The notes under the pieces: model-generated
What the model was told of the DNA's origin: nothing
What the model saw: the letters and a program-made list of their open reading frames with translations, nothing else
Database searches by the model: none
Shown: positions 12,544 to 24,158 of the stretch, piece after piece
Position numbering within the stretch: the first letter of the stretch is position 1
How the letters are laid out: the number at the start of each line of letters is the position of its first letter
Made by a program: the position numbers and the translations under genes
Source: Diplonema japonicum
Taxonomy: Eukaryota; Protista; Euglenozoa: Diplonemea
Assembly (NCBI GenBank): GCA_964019335.1
Contig: OZ025693.1
Location: forward strand, 434,001-498,000
Reading direction: 5' to 3'
DNA: 64,000 bases

Positions 12544-15500
12544 CTACACCTGCACAGCAGGGTCCAGCTTTGTGATCGGGACCCCTCGTCTGCCCCGCGT
12601 CAGTTCCACCTGTGCGCTCCCGATGACCCTCTTCCCAGGCTGCATGGTGTGGGCCTGGCCGGGGTTCACGACGTAAGTGTGATCGGGTGCGTCATTGATG
12701 CCCATCCTTGCACGCCAGCCGCTTATTTGCGTCGCTCTGTAATCCTTGATGTGTCTCCTCTTCAGGCTCTGCAACTGCTGGACTCTCTCTGTCTGTGCTG
12801 CTTCTCTTGCCAGCAATGCATCTTGCACGACTGGTGGTAGGTTGGCCTTGTACATTTTGTCCCAGTCACCCTTCTTCTGGTTTGCCACGTACATCTTGGC
12901 TAGTTTTCGCCACGTGCCGCTAAGCTTTGCTTTAAACACGCTCTTCTTGACCATGGCATTCCTCTTGATGGCTGCCTTGGCACTCACAGGCATCCATGTC
13001 ACGGACGGGTCGTACTTGTCGATGCCTGCTTCGAAGGTCACGTTGCTGCGCTTCAGCTGTGGTGCGTTGCATGTAGTTAACCTTGCTTCATGCATACCAA
13101 GTGCGACTTTCTGTTGACCTGTCCCATCACGTGCAGGGCATAACCCATCCTGTCTGCAAGCTCGATCACCTGCGGGCTGATGTCCAAGTGTTTCTCCCTC
13201 AACCTGCCGTTTGCATTCGCCTTCCACCCAAACAAGAGCATACCCTTCTGTGACCGCGCCCCCTTCCTGCCCTTTAACAGAATCGTACCCCTCGGTGCTG
13301 CTTAGCACTTTCTCAGAAGCCTTCGCCTTGTTCCACAACGAGTGCCGCTTGTACGTCTTTTTCAGAATGCTGTGTTGTTGTGTCATGAAGCTGCAATGCA
13401 TACTCTAAAATGGTCAGAAGTTTCGGGGCACATTGGGGTGTGATCACTGTGATGGCTTTCCCTTGCTGCCCCGCACGGGCACAGCGGCCCACCGCATGGA
13501 CCCAGTCGCCAGCAGTCTGCGGGAGCCCCAGGCACAGCACAACATCCACTAGCGCCACGTCATAGCCGCTCGTCGCGAGATCCGTTGTCACGAGGATGTT
13601 CCCTGAGTTTTTGAAATTTTTGAGTGACTTCATGACGGTGCTTGCATGCATGCTCCCTGATGCCATGTGAATACTGGGCCGGGCTTCATCCCCGCGGAAG
13701 TACTCCTTCAGCATCAGATGAATGGTGTACACCATGTCGGGGCTTGTTGCGAAGATGATATATTTCTTGTCCAAGTTCCCTATCTCACCTGTGGTCAGCA
13801 TCCTCTTCAACGTGGGCACCAACTCATAGGAAGAGCATGCCACCAGCTTGTGCTTCACATCCTTGTTCATGGTTGACCCCACCTTCATTGACATCATCGG
13901 CTGGTTTGACAACAGCTGCGCTGCGGAGTCGGCCAGCTTCCCCACTTGTGTGGATGACGTTGCTGACCAGAAAGAGATCTGGCACTGTGGGTCGCTTGGG
14001 CCCTTCTCCTTCTTGATGATGCGCATCAGGGACATCACCTTCGTTAGGAGCAGCTTGTCTGGTTCGTCGACGACGATGTACCTGTTGTGCTGCGATGCAT
14101 GCCAGTGTCATACCTTAGCTCGCTCAGGTTGAACACCTTGTTGCGCTGTGCCAGCATGGACAGCATGGTGCCCAGTGTGCCGATGACCACGTCGCACCCC
14201 TCCGCGGGGTCGGGGTGCCCGTCTCGTTCCTTCAGCTTTGCGAGCATCAGAGTCTTGACAGGAGCCGACGTGGAGTATTGGTACAGGATGTGCCTGGCTT
14301 GGTGGGCTGTTGCACGGTTTCCGCAAAGAATGAGAACTTTGGGGTTCTTCTGGCCGAAAGGGTCCCTCTTCTCCTTGATGGCTAATTGCTGGATAGCAGG
14401 TATTATGTAGCAAAGTGTCTTCCCTGTCCCAGTTGGCGCTTGGCAAACGAGGTTACGCCCTTCCGTCATGACAGGTAGGGCGTACTTCTGCACTGTGGTG
14501 AAGCTCTCGAAGCCACTCTCTTCCACAGCCGCTGCGACGCCTGGCAAAGGATCCCGCGCCGACACAGGTATGCTGTTGTATACCTCGTCCCAGGAGGTCC
14601 ATCGCTGGAAGGCTTCGGGATTGAAGTCGTCGCCGAAGATGATGACGTCTTCCCTGCCGTCTCTGTACCAGTGCCCTGTCTTCCCTTTGTTGGACCCAGT
14701 GGTCGAGTGTACAGGGCGCAAGTACTTCTGTTGCGTCACCTCATCCGCAGCAGCGTGCTCAGTGTGCACGTCCATGTTGGTCGCGACCTGTATTTCTTCA
14801 AGGGCCTCCTCGGGTACGCTTTGCTGCTCTTGCACCTTGACTCCCTTGGCGGTTAGCTCCTTGTCGGTCTCCTCCTCCAGCATGGACAGTGTCTCGTCGA
14901 TGTTTGTGTACTGCCGCTTGGGTATCCTTGGCTGCGGTGCAGGTACTTCGGGTGCAGCAACACCCTCAATGACGTTCTCAACAGGAGTCGCTTTCTGCGA
15001 TGATATCTCACCAAGTTCCCTTTTGCTAAGGGTCAGCTGCGGCATCTCTGATGTGCTGCTCAGCACTCTGTTCGATTTTCGTTTCTTTTTCTTCTTGACG
15101 ACAGTTTTGGGCTCGGGTTCGGGTTCGGGTTCGGGCTCGGGTTCGGGTTCGGGCTCGGGTTCCGGTTCCGGTTCAGACACACGGGCAGACTTCTTGGTTT
15201 TTTTCCGTTTAGCAACGTGCAGCTTCCTCGTTTTGCGTGGGGCCTTGTTCTCGCCCGCCTCCTTCACCATCTGGAGGTATTCTTGTTTGATTTCTTCTTG
15301 CGATAGAGGCTTTCGCACCCATTCCTCCATCTTATCATCCCCTACCTCTTTCTCTTTCGGTATCCGATCGTCCTCTTTGTCCTTCCGCTTCTGCTGCTGT
15401 TGTGCGTCGAGTCTCGCGTACAGCTCTCTTCGTTTCTGGAGCTTCTCTGCTCTGGTCTTTTCGATAGAATCTTCATAGTAACTAGAAAAGGGGTTTTCTT

Positions 15501-15678
15501 CTTCCTGTTGCGGCTCGGGTGGTGCTATCTGGTCTTTTGCCTCTGTAGCATGGTAACTATCCCCGACAGGCAAGGTCTGAGGTGCTGCTTTCGGCCGCCG
15601 TAGCGAGACGCCTTTTCTTTTCTTCACGGAAGCAAATCGTGCCTGTCTTGAAGCTGTCTGGCAGAACAGGCGCAACAT
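12544..15678 (-). CDS. Degenerate DEAD-box RNA helicase, probably mitochondrial (one gene, split into three ORFs by the track)
   Basis: Exons 15678-14114, 14081-13404, 13369-13244, 13203-13098, 13056-12544; GTATG..CAG introns 14082-14113 (32 nt), 13370-13403 (34 nt), 13204-13243 (40 nt), 13057-13097 (41 nt). Q motif GFESFTTVQ, APTGTGKT, spliced YIVVDEPD, SAT, HAVGRCARAG. N-terminus MLRLFCQTASRQARFAS is transit-peptide-like; (EP)n tract. Confidence 0.85.
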
Positions 15679-16420
15679 TGCCCCCTCCTTGAGTGTGTTA
15701 TTGGAGTGAAAGGCCACTGGTGTGAGGTCAACCAGAACAGAAAAAGGGGATAATGGAGCTGAATCTCGAAATCAAGTGCCATGAACTTACATAGTCCCTT
15801 TTTCGAATCTTGATTTTTTTCTTTTTTTTTTTTTAAAAAAAATATAATTCTTGTCTTCTATGTAAGCAGATCGAGCGAGAGAGCAGTAATTGCATGATTG
15901 TGGCAGCAACTACTAGTTCACAAATGCGTCTTCTACCCTTCACTCTTTCCTTTTTTTTATTTTTTTTTCTTAAACCCCCCTTCTTACTTACCTGTACTAA
16001 GAGGAAAATTGAAGCATAGGGAGAGGGGAAGGAGGACACTTTTTTTTTTTCTTTTTTTTTTACTTAACAAATATCTATTGGGGGGGGGGGGGGGAAGAAC
16101 AAGAGTATGTACCTCAATTTCCTTTTTTTTTTTTTTTGAGAAAAACGGGAGTTTTCTTCTTTTCGTTCTCCTCTCCCCTCTTTTCATTGTTTTCTATTGA
16201 GAATGGGAGAGAGAAGTCTTCAGTTTCTTGCCGTAGAAGCAGAGTCGATCACAGGTAATTAAAAAGAAGTAGTTGTTATAAGTGTATCCTCGTAACAAAA
16301 AAAGAAAGGAAGGGGGGAGGGGGAAGAAAAAGATATGTGATATCTTCTTACCGCTCAGCCTCCCCTTCTCTCTTTCGACCTCTCTCCCTTTTGCGTGATG
16401 AAAAAAAAAAAAAAAAAAAA

Positions 16421-16746
16421 TGGGGCTTTGATTGCAACACTAGGTGGCGTTAAGCGTGCAATGAAGCACGAACTACCTACTTGATTACAGGGGGCGCTCC
16501 TCGGCCGAGCAGTAGCTTCTTCTGCGTTCCGCGTCGTGTCCTTAATGCGTGCGGTGTGCTCAACCCTAGCCGGGGCGTCCCGGGTAACCAAGATTCTGTG
16601 CTCGTGCAGTCTGCTGCCTGTTCGTCACCCTGAGCATCTGCGTTACGTTCTTCCACTCGGGCGCTACCGGTGATGACCGACGAGGAGGTCAACAGCGAAC
16701 AACACATCTGATGTACTTCTTATATTTTCATGTTATCCCCACCACC
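16421..16746 (-). repeat. 326-bp dispersed repeat (family R1), CpG-rich copy
   Basis: Same length as and near-identical to 23725-24050; fragments recur at 45.6-46.3 kb and 49.0-52.3 kb; flanked by A-tracts. Confidence 0.85.
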
Positions 16747-16811
16747 AACAAAAAAAAAAAACTCGATAAAATTTCAGTGTGCATGGGGGTGCTCACTGTT
16801 CAGGTAGAAAT

Positions 16812-18120
16812 TCACACTAACCGGTCACCGTTCTGCGGTTGCTGTCTGGTGCCTGCGGTGGCTGTTTGTCGCGATGAGATGGACGGCATCTGGGACGGCA
16901 TCTGGGCGAGAAACATTGCTTGGAGTCGTGCTAGGTAGGGGGGGGTTTGGCTCGAGGAGAAGAGTGGTCTCCTGTCGTAGCCGTGTGCCGTCGGGCCCCC
17001 AAGATGTCGAAGGGTATGCACCCTTGATTTGGCGCTGGCGGGGAAGGCTGACCTTCCACAGCGTGCTGAGCATTTCTGGATGCGACCAAGATGTATCGCA
17101 TCCTTGCGGCCTTCTCCGTGAGCAGGTCTTGATCGTCGAGGGGACCTATGAGTGACCGGCGGGTGGTCTGCTCATAGTCTATGGCGAGTTCCATTGTCGT
17201 GACGGAAGTTTTCTTCTTACCATCGTACCATCGTAGGCCTCTTAGCCACTTGAGGACGTTCTTCAAATGAAAGGTCAGGACCGCGCCTGACGCCCCGTTC
17301 GCCTTCAGCAACGCTTCCGTCGGAACATCATGTTGCCTCCCTGTCGCTACCTCATCCCAAGGGTTGGAGGTGAGCACTCTCTTGCTTTTTTCCGCTGCTC
17401 TGGCGTCACGGACCGTCACTACTTTCAGGAGGTATTGTTGCACCATCCTGGCACGTTCTTTCCCTGCTTTGTCGGCCCCTCTTGGGACTATCCCGTGAAG
17501 GGCTGTGGCAGCTGGGAGGCCTTCTCGCTTCACCTCTGCGTATTGCTCGCTTTCCAACACACTCCTTGCCGGCTCGCACTCCCACAGTGCGTGCTCCGTC
17601 ATGCTGGTCGTTGTCTGGGACCGGTGGTCGTCACACGCTAATGCTGGGTTTTCCACACCAGGGCCATCCAATTTTCTCCCCCACACCCTCCCCTCGGGTG
17701 AGTCGTGAACACTGCACCACTAATGATGCGCCGCAACCTAAAGGACACCAACGGTCTCCGGGCCTGGAGCTTTTTCCACCAATAGTTCGTGGACGGGCAC
17801 GCCCCGCCTCCATCCCCACGAAGGTTGATCTCTTCTCGATCATTGTGAGCCACCGCTGTATCTCCGTGCAGGTCGGCAACAAAGGACCATCCCTTCCCCA
17901 GAAAGGGGAGCCATCTGTTCCGCAGGACTCCAATCGGACCCATCACCTCATCGTCATCGCGGTCCTGGTATAGACCAATGATCTCACCAACACGCTGCCG
18001 CAAACGCGGAGAGGCCAGGCTCTCCCGGACCACGCTGTTTATCGTTCCGTAGATGACCTTCGACAACGGATGTGCCGTATGCCCTGGCAGCAGAACGTTC
18101 AGTACAGACACGGGGTTTCT
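16812..18120 (-). mobile_element. Degenerate 3' portion of a non-LTR retrotransposon ORF
   Basis: Frameshifted ORFs with CPLGCG, CDDH...TEHALWECEP (C-terminal CCHC-type knuckle of LINE ORF2), MVQQYLLKV and TMELAIDYEQTT. GC-rich island between homopolymer tracts; no RT core visible. Confidence 0.55.
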
Positions 18121-18792
18121 CATCCCGAACTGGGGGCCCCAAAAAAAAAAAACATATTTACGACCGCAATAAGAGGAGGGTGGAACATCAATAAGGGGAG
18201 GGGGAAATATGAGAATAATAATAAAAATAAAATAAAATAAAAAATAGAACACGCAATAAGTGAGAACAAAAAATATAAAAAAAAGAAGTGGACGGGTGCA
18301 GGGGTCCAAGCCATGTATACTAACAAAACAAATAAACAAAAAAAAGGATTTTTTACAACCTTTCAAGAATGGGGTACTAGTTTATGAAACAGATATTATT
18401 CAGAGCCCGAGGCTACTATCCCCGTCCTTCAAGGGTCAAGAAAAAAAAAAAGGAGAAAAAAAAAAAAAACTCAGCTATCACGCAGCAACTCTACCTGATT
18501 TCATCGCACGTGAGGTGAGCACGTCTAGCTTACACCGTGTTGGCTTCTTCAAGGATTTAGTAGTGTTCCCTGCGGCAGGCCGCCTGGCAGCTGTGCTCAC
18601 ATTGGGCTGACCTATCGGCGGAGCGGGGAGAACTGCCGCGCTACTGTGGTGTAGGTTGGTACCAGCCGTGCAAGGGTCTGTAGTGCCAGCTTGCCCACAC
18701 GCCTGCCACCCACAACCAGAAGAAGCAGCAGCAGGGCGTAGCAGGCCAGCATGGAGCGAGACCAGCAAAAAATATTTTCTTTTTCCCCCCGT

Positions 18793-20316
18793 CTATGAAT
18801 ACCTCTTACTCCTGGCCACGCCCAGCTTGGTCGTCTGGCGCAGTGGCGGTGGACACGCTGCCAGATACGACAGAATGATGATACCTTCGGTGGACTTCTT
18901 CTGAATCTTCAGCAACTCGTCCCAGGCGACAAGGTCTGTCGGTGGCTGTCCCTTCCTGGCTGTGAGGACGTGGTTGCCCCTGAAGGCGAAGACGACTGCG
19001 TAGTGGTTCGGGAGGTGCAGCACGACAGAGACGTTCGGACGCAGAGTGAGATGCCTGAACTCCTCGAACGTGTACTCCGACAGCACCTGCGTCACGGCCG
19101 TCACGCCTAAGGCGAAGCTTGTCGACAGCCGCTCTACAGCCATCACCACGCCCCACGACCCGAACCTAGCTGTCGAAGGCTTCACGCATCGTAGCTTTGC
19201 CAACCCCCATATGTTGTTCACCAGCACGTACACCGCCTTCATGGAAGGTTTGCACTTCGGTCGCGCCCCGTCCTCCAGCCACCGCAGCGCTGTGTACTTG
19301 TCGGTGTCAAGGGTGGCAAGGTCTATCAGCATCCGCCTGATGGCCTCCAGGCACTTCTTCTGCTGCGCCTTCGTGGTGGGAGGGGGGAAGTGCAAGCTGC
19401 CGTTGGGTGACATCTCGCGCCCCACACGTGTCGCTATGAGCTCTGCTGTCCCTGTCGAGAGCTCCACGCACGCAGAGCCTATGGACTTGGCGATCATGTC
19501 CACGAGGTCACGGTCCATCACGGCGATGGCGTCCACCGCAGCGAAGGAGTTGGGCTTGCCCCGCATCATGTAAACCTCGCGGGAGCGTGGCTCCGTGTAC
19601 GAGGGACGCGGGCGGCGGAGGAGCATGTTGATGGAACCTGCAGCAGAGGCGGCGGCACAGCAGGGCGACGGCTGCTCGACGAAGCATTCAAACGCCAAGG
19701 GGACGATGACCTCAGGGGAGCCGCGCCACCACCATACCCACGAATCACAAAGAAGTCGCCTGAGGGGATTGCCTGGCTCATAATAGTCGGAAGCACGGTG
19801 CACCATGCCCTGGTACTTCTCGTACATAACAGGCGAGAGATCTTCTTTCATGAGGGCAGCTGTCTTCTGTGCGAGGATCGGGAGCTTGATGGTCAAGTGG
19901 TAGTCGCGGTCTTCCTCATGCGGGATCTGCAGGTCATGGTGGAGGGCTCGGCGGATGTACCGCATAAACGGCTCCAGAGGCCCGTTCATCTCAAGGTACA
20001 GCTGTGCCAGCCAGTCTGCCATCACGGAGTCCACCCAGCTCTGGCTAGGGGGGTGCGTGGCCTCCTCTCTGGTGTGGAGGCGCGTCCTTTGCCTGCACGT
20101 GCCCCTGTCGATCACAGCCGTGTACGGGGGCCAAGCCAAGAACTGCTCAGAGTAGTCGTTCTGCTGCATGTCCTCTTCCATCATGCGCTGGTCGGCCTCC
20201 ACCCATGCATCCATGTCAACCCCCATCATTTCTGATTGGGTGGCCCGTGCTCTTATCCTTGGACTCCTCGAGGGCCGCCCAGGGCTGCCTTCAGATCGCA
20301 CATCTATACAGGGCAT
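18793..20316 (-). CDS. Hypothetical protein with papain-like (peptidase C39/BIVM-like) motifs
   Basis: Long ORF; probable ATG 20316 after CCAG. Motifs EQPSPCCAAASAAG (Q-x4-C), PSTARFGSWG and VLHLPNHYAVVFA, LTARKGQ. Confidence 0.65.
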   Translation of the reverse strand: MPCIDVRSEGSPGRPSRSPRIRARATQSEMMGVDMDAWVEADQRMMEEDMQQNDYSEQFLAWPPYTAVIDRGTCRQRTRLHTREEATHPPSQSWVDSVMADWLAQLYLEMNGPLEPFMRYIRRALHHDLQIPHEEDRDYHLTIKLPILAQKTAALMKEDLSPVMYEKYQGMVHRASDYYEPGNPLRRLLCDSWVWWWRGSPEVIVPLAFECFVEQPSPCCAAASAAGSINMLLRRPRPSYTEPRSREVYMMRGKPNSFAAVDAIAVMDRDLVDMIAKSIGSACVELSTGTAELIATRVGREMSPNGSLHFPPPTTKAQQKKCLEAIRRMLIDLATLDTDKYTALRWLEDGARPKCKPSMKAVYVLVNNIWGLAKLRCVKPSTARFGSWGVVMAVERLSTSFALGVTAVTQVLSEYTFEEFRHLTLRPNVSVVLHLPNHYAVVFAFRGNHVLTARKGQPPTDLVAWDELLKIQKKSTEGIIILSYLAACPPPLRQTTKLGVARSKRYS

Positions 20317-21037
20317 TCGCCCGTCCTGGTATAGGTGATGACAAGGTTCAAAAGAAGCAGAAGCAAAACGAGAGAAAGGCTGGAACCGTCTCACAGACAA
20401 AGGCCTGGAGACTTGTTCACGGAATGACCCCCTCACCCCCTCCCACGGTAGTTATTAAGAAATAATCTTGCAATAACAAGGAAAAAAAAGGGGGGGCGCC
20501 TCAACACTCTGGAAGAGAGACAACTACTGCTAAAACGAATTTTTTGAAGTTTAAAAAAGAAAAAAAGAAAATGAGAAACGGAAAACATCGAATGTCTCAG
20601 GCCAAGAGCTACTGGCTGGACAGCTTTGTGGCATCTAGACACTGAGTATTCTTTTTGTTTCCCTTTTTATTTTCTTTTTTTTTTTTTGCGATGGTTTCAT
20701 CAACATTATGTAAAAAGAAGTATTTTTTTTGAATATTTTTTTTCTCATCTCCTCCCCTTTCTTTTTCTTTTTTTTCCCCTTTTTTCTCTCTCAGTTTATT
20801 TCCCACTGTCGGAATAGGAAATGGGGAAAAAAAAATTTTAAAAAAAAGACGGGGACTCCCCCCGTGCTTAAGTTTGTTGGTTTCTTAATTATTCCTCAAA
20901 GAAAAAAAGTAAAACCTCCTTTCTTTTTTTTTTTTCCCATTCTTTTTTTTTTCTTTCTGTTTTTTTTTTTTTTTTTAAATAAAAAATACACCGAAGCTAG
21001 AAAACAAGAGGAGTGGGGGGGGGGGGGATAATATAAT

Positions 21038-21754
21038 TTACGCCATTTTAGACTTCTGGTGATACAGCAAGGCCCCCAGAGCAGTACCGATTAAAAGCCC
21101 TTGGTAGTTGGAAACAAGCCAGTTTTGAACTGTGGTGAGGGGCTTGGCAGGGCGCCAGAAGGTTCCTTGTCTACCATCGGCCGCAATCCCGGCAGCTGGG
21201 AGACCATCCAAGGACCATCCACGAACCTTCCACTTAGCAATGGTGTCTTGATTCATATCTATACCCAGAAGGATCTTCTCAAGGGCTTCCGGCATCCTCG
21301 TGCGCTGGGACTTGTATTCCATAAAGGGGACCGCAAACCCACAAGAGTCCATTACCTGGAAAGCGTCTATAATAATTATGGACCGAGCCTGCTCAGGCTT
21401 CAGGGGCCCCGTGTCGTTGAAGTGAGTGTTGACTAGTTTTTTGAACTCGTCGGAGCCCTGCAGGACGGCGCGCCCCATGCCGTGCACCCTTGCGATCAAG
21501 GGATCGCCTTCATAGGCACACCACATCAGGCACACCCTGCCGTTCTCCCTTATGTGGCTCAGCGTCTCGCACCCACTGCCGTGCACGTCGATGAACATCA
21601 GCTGGTTCTCCCCCGTTATCTTCAACGTTGCATCCAGCCCCTTGGGGCTCAGGTTCACAAACTTTCCGTGCGTCGGTGCTGACGCCACAAAGAACATGTG
21701 GCTCTTCTCAATAAGCTTCTTCACACGCCCTTCGATTTTGTTGTAGATCTTCAT
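21038..21754 (-). CDS. Pyridoxamine 5'-phosphate oxidase-like FMN-binding protein with C-terminal hydrophobic anchor
   Basis: MFFVASAP...VNLSPKG...D.HGSGCETLSHIRENGRVCLMWCAYEGDP...SCGFAVP; tail GLLIGTALGALLY. Confidence 0.85.
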   Translation of the reverse strand: MKIYNKIEGRVKKLIEKSHMFFVASAPTHGKFVNLSPKGLDATLKITGENQLMFIDVHGSGCETLSHIRENGRVCLMWCAYEGDPLIARVHGMGRAVLQGSDEFKKLVNTHFNDTGPLKPEQARSIIIIDAFQVMDSCGFAVPFMEYKSQRTRMPEALEKILLGIDMNQDTIAKWKVRGWSLDGLPAAGIAADGRQGTFWRPAKPLTTVQNWLVSNYQGLLIGTALGALLYHQKSKMA

Positions 21755-22034
21755 ATTATTATTATTATTTTCTTTCTTTTTTGTGTTTCACTCTCTTTTT
21801 TTATTATTGAAAAGATGGGGGAACACTAAAGAAATATTTTTTTTTCTTTCGTAGAGAAGTGAAGGGTACCAAGTGCAACTGAACGAACAAGGGGGGGGGG
21901 GGGGGGGACAAAACAAATAGGGGGGAAGGAGCCTGAGCAAACAAGGGAAAGACCCCCCAAAAAGAACAAAACACTTTTTCGCTCTCCCCCCCCCTTAAAA
22001 AAAAGAAGATTACATAATCTGTAGCGAGTCTCGA

Positions 22035-23177
22035 TCATTCAGTACTCTTCCGCCTTTTGGCGAACGGGTCGCCATGAGGGCCTTTGCACCCTATGTTGGC
22101 AGCAGGGATTGTGCGCCACCGTGCCTTGGCCTCTTCAGGGTTGCAGGTGGTAGGCTCATCAAAGGCCATCTCCCCGCAGACCGCGTTTAGGTACACGTCT
22201 GCCTGCATAAGGGACACGGACTTGTCATAATGCGCACCGTCAGTGGTGTACATAGCAGACACCCTGGTGATGGGTGCTGTGATAAGGACGGAGGCGCCTG
22301 CACACGCTGCAGCAAGGGAGAGCGCTTCTCGGTAGACCATAGCTTTGTCCGCGTCATTGCAGGTTCTACACTGCTTCCATTCAGGGCACCTGTGTATGTT
22401 CAGCCAGTGGATTGGGTTGACCACCAGCACCGCCCCATGCTTCATGATCTTCTTGATATTAGCCAATCTCTGCTTCATGGTGTCGAAGTACTTGTCCGGC
22501 GGTGTGAAGGCCACCCCCATGTCCCACATCCCGCTGCCTACCAGCACGAAGTCTGCAGATTTAATGGTGTTCTGTGTGATGGTGTAGTTCAAGGACCCAT
22601 CGTATACTGCTGCAGCAGACCAGTAAAAGGAAAACTCCCCTGCCGTCCCTACAGGGAACACGTGGGAGTAGACCTGGCCTTTTTCTTCCGTGTCTGCCAG
22701 CTCGGGACCTTTGTCTGCGCGTGTGAAGAAATGCATGTCCCTTGTCATGCCCAGGCCGAACCGTGCTATCTTCCTCGCGATGTCTCTTGTGAGGGAGTCC
22801 CCAAGCCAGATTTGTTTTTTTGTTGAGAAGCACCTCTTCACGTTCATCTCTTCCATCGAAAGCAGCCGGCACCCTTGTGGTTTCCAAACAGGCCGTATCC
22901 GGCCTTGTTCCACTGTGCCTGGGAACACCATTGCGTTCTTGTGGCATGCTTTCTGCGCCTCTGAAGGGGGTGTCAGGACGCGCTCGGGGTCAGGTACTGC
23001 AATTATATCATCCAGGCTGCCCTCGGACACGCTGCCTTCATTCGGATCATTAATGTCAACCGTTTTAAGCTCGTTTAGCAAGTTTCTCGGCTCGGGACAT
23101 GTGGGCGCCAACCATAGACCGAACGACACGCCCAGCACAAACACCAACAACGCCACAAAGCCTCGGAGGAGGACCAT
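22035..23177 (-). CDS. Type II membrane SGNH-type (PC-esterase/Cas1p/TBL-like) acetylesterase or O-acetyltransferase
   Basis: N-terminal signal anchor; WKPQGC, IWLGDSLTR (GDS), VLVGSGMWD and TDGAHY (DxxH). Confidence 0.75.
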   Translation of the reverse strand: MVLLRGFVALLVFVLGVSFGLWLAPTCPEPRNLLNELKTVDINDPNEGSVSEGSLDDIIAVPDPERVLTPPSEAQKACHKNAMVFPGTVEQGRIRPVWKPQGCRLLSMEEMNVKRCFSTKKQIWLGDSLTRDIARKIARFGLGMTRDMHFFTRADKGPELADTEEKGQVYSHVFPVGTAGEFSFYWSAAAVYDGSLNYTITQNTIKSADFVLVGSGMWDMGVAFTPPDKYFDTMKQRLANIKKIMKHGAVLVVNPIHWLNIHRCPEWKQCRTCNDADKAMVYREALSLAAACAGASVLITAPITRVSAMYTTDGAHYDKSVSLMQADVYLNAVCGEMAFDEPTTCNPEEAKARWRTIPAANIGCKGPHGDPFAKRRKSTE

Positions 23178-23724
23178 CGTTCCTTTCTGTCCCTCTGACC
23201 CTTCTCCCTTTTATTTATTTATCTATTTATTTGTTCTAACAATATATTCTTGTGAGACCAAAAACTAGTTGATGGCAGCGTAACGAGAATCTCATTACAT
23301 GGAACTCCGCTCATGCGCACAAACACATGAAGCGCCAAACTAGTTTTTTTTGGGGGGGGCATGCGTGTGAGGAATAGGGGGGTAAATAAATAGATATAAG
23401 TACCATAGATGGGGTGTAAATGCAAAGGATTCGGGGGTGGATGGAGAAAGAAGATTTTAAGAAAGAAAAACTTAAGGGGGGATAAAAAAAAACTTAATGA
23501 ATGGGTTCTCTGTTTGAAGACAGCAGTGTAAAAAAAAAAAAAACTAAAAAAAGGAGGGGGGAGGACATTAGGAGACAAGGAAGAGAATTAGTTTCCTTTT
23601 TTTTTTTCCGTCTGTTTTATTTACATTTTTTTTTCTCTTCCAAAAAGAAAAAAAAAAAAAAGGAGGAAGGGAAAAGGTAAGAGAAAAACAATGGAGTGAG
23701 GACTTAAAAAAAAAAAAGAAAAAA

Positions 23725-24050
23725 TGGGGCTTTGATTGCAACACTAGGTGGCGTTAAGCGTGCAACGAAGCACGAAATACCTACTTGATTACAGGGGGCT
23801 CTCCTCGGCCGAGCAGTAGCTTCTTCTGCGTTCCGCGTCGTGTCCTTAATGCATGCGGTGTGCTCAACCCTAGCCGGGGCGTCCCGGGTAACCAAGATTC
23901 TGCGCTCGTGCAGTTTGCTGCCTGTTCGTCACCCTGAGCATCTGCGATACGTTCTTCCACTCGGGCGCTACCGGTGATGACCGACGAGGAGGTCAACAGC
24001 GAACAACACATCTGATGGACTTCTTATATTTCCATGTTATCCCCACCACC
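23725..24050 (-). repeat. 326-bp dispersed repeat (family R1), CpG-rich copy
   Basis: Near-identical to 16421-16746 with the same boundaries (TGGGGCTTTG...CCCCACCACC on +). Confidence 0.85.
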
Positions 24051-24055
24051 TTCCC

Positions 24056-24086
<31 letters not shown>

Positions 24087-24158
24087 CATTTAAGGGTACC
24101 TGCGGTATGTGGCAGGACGCCTCAAGAAGTGGATCTCAAAAAAAAAAAAAAAAAAAAA

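Noticed and set aside
16477-16707. 76-aa ORF in R1 with TPHALR (tyrosine-recombinase-like HxxR)
   Set aside because: The two best copies differ by several non-synonymous changes, other copies are broken, and no further catalytic residues are identifiable.
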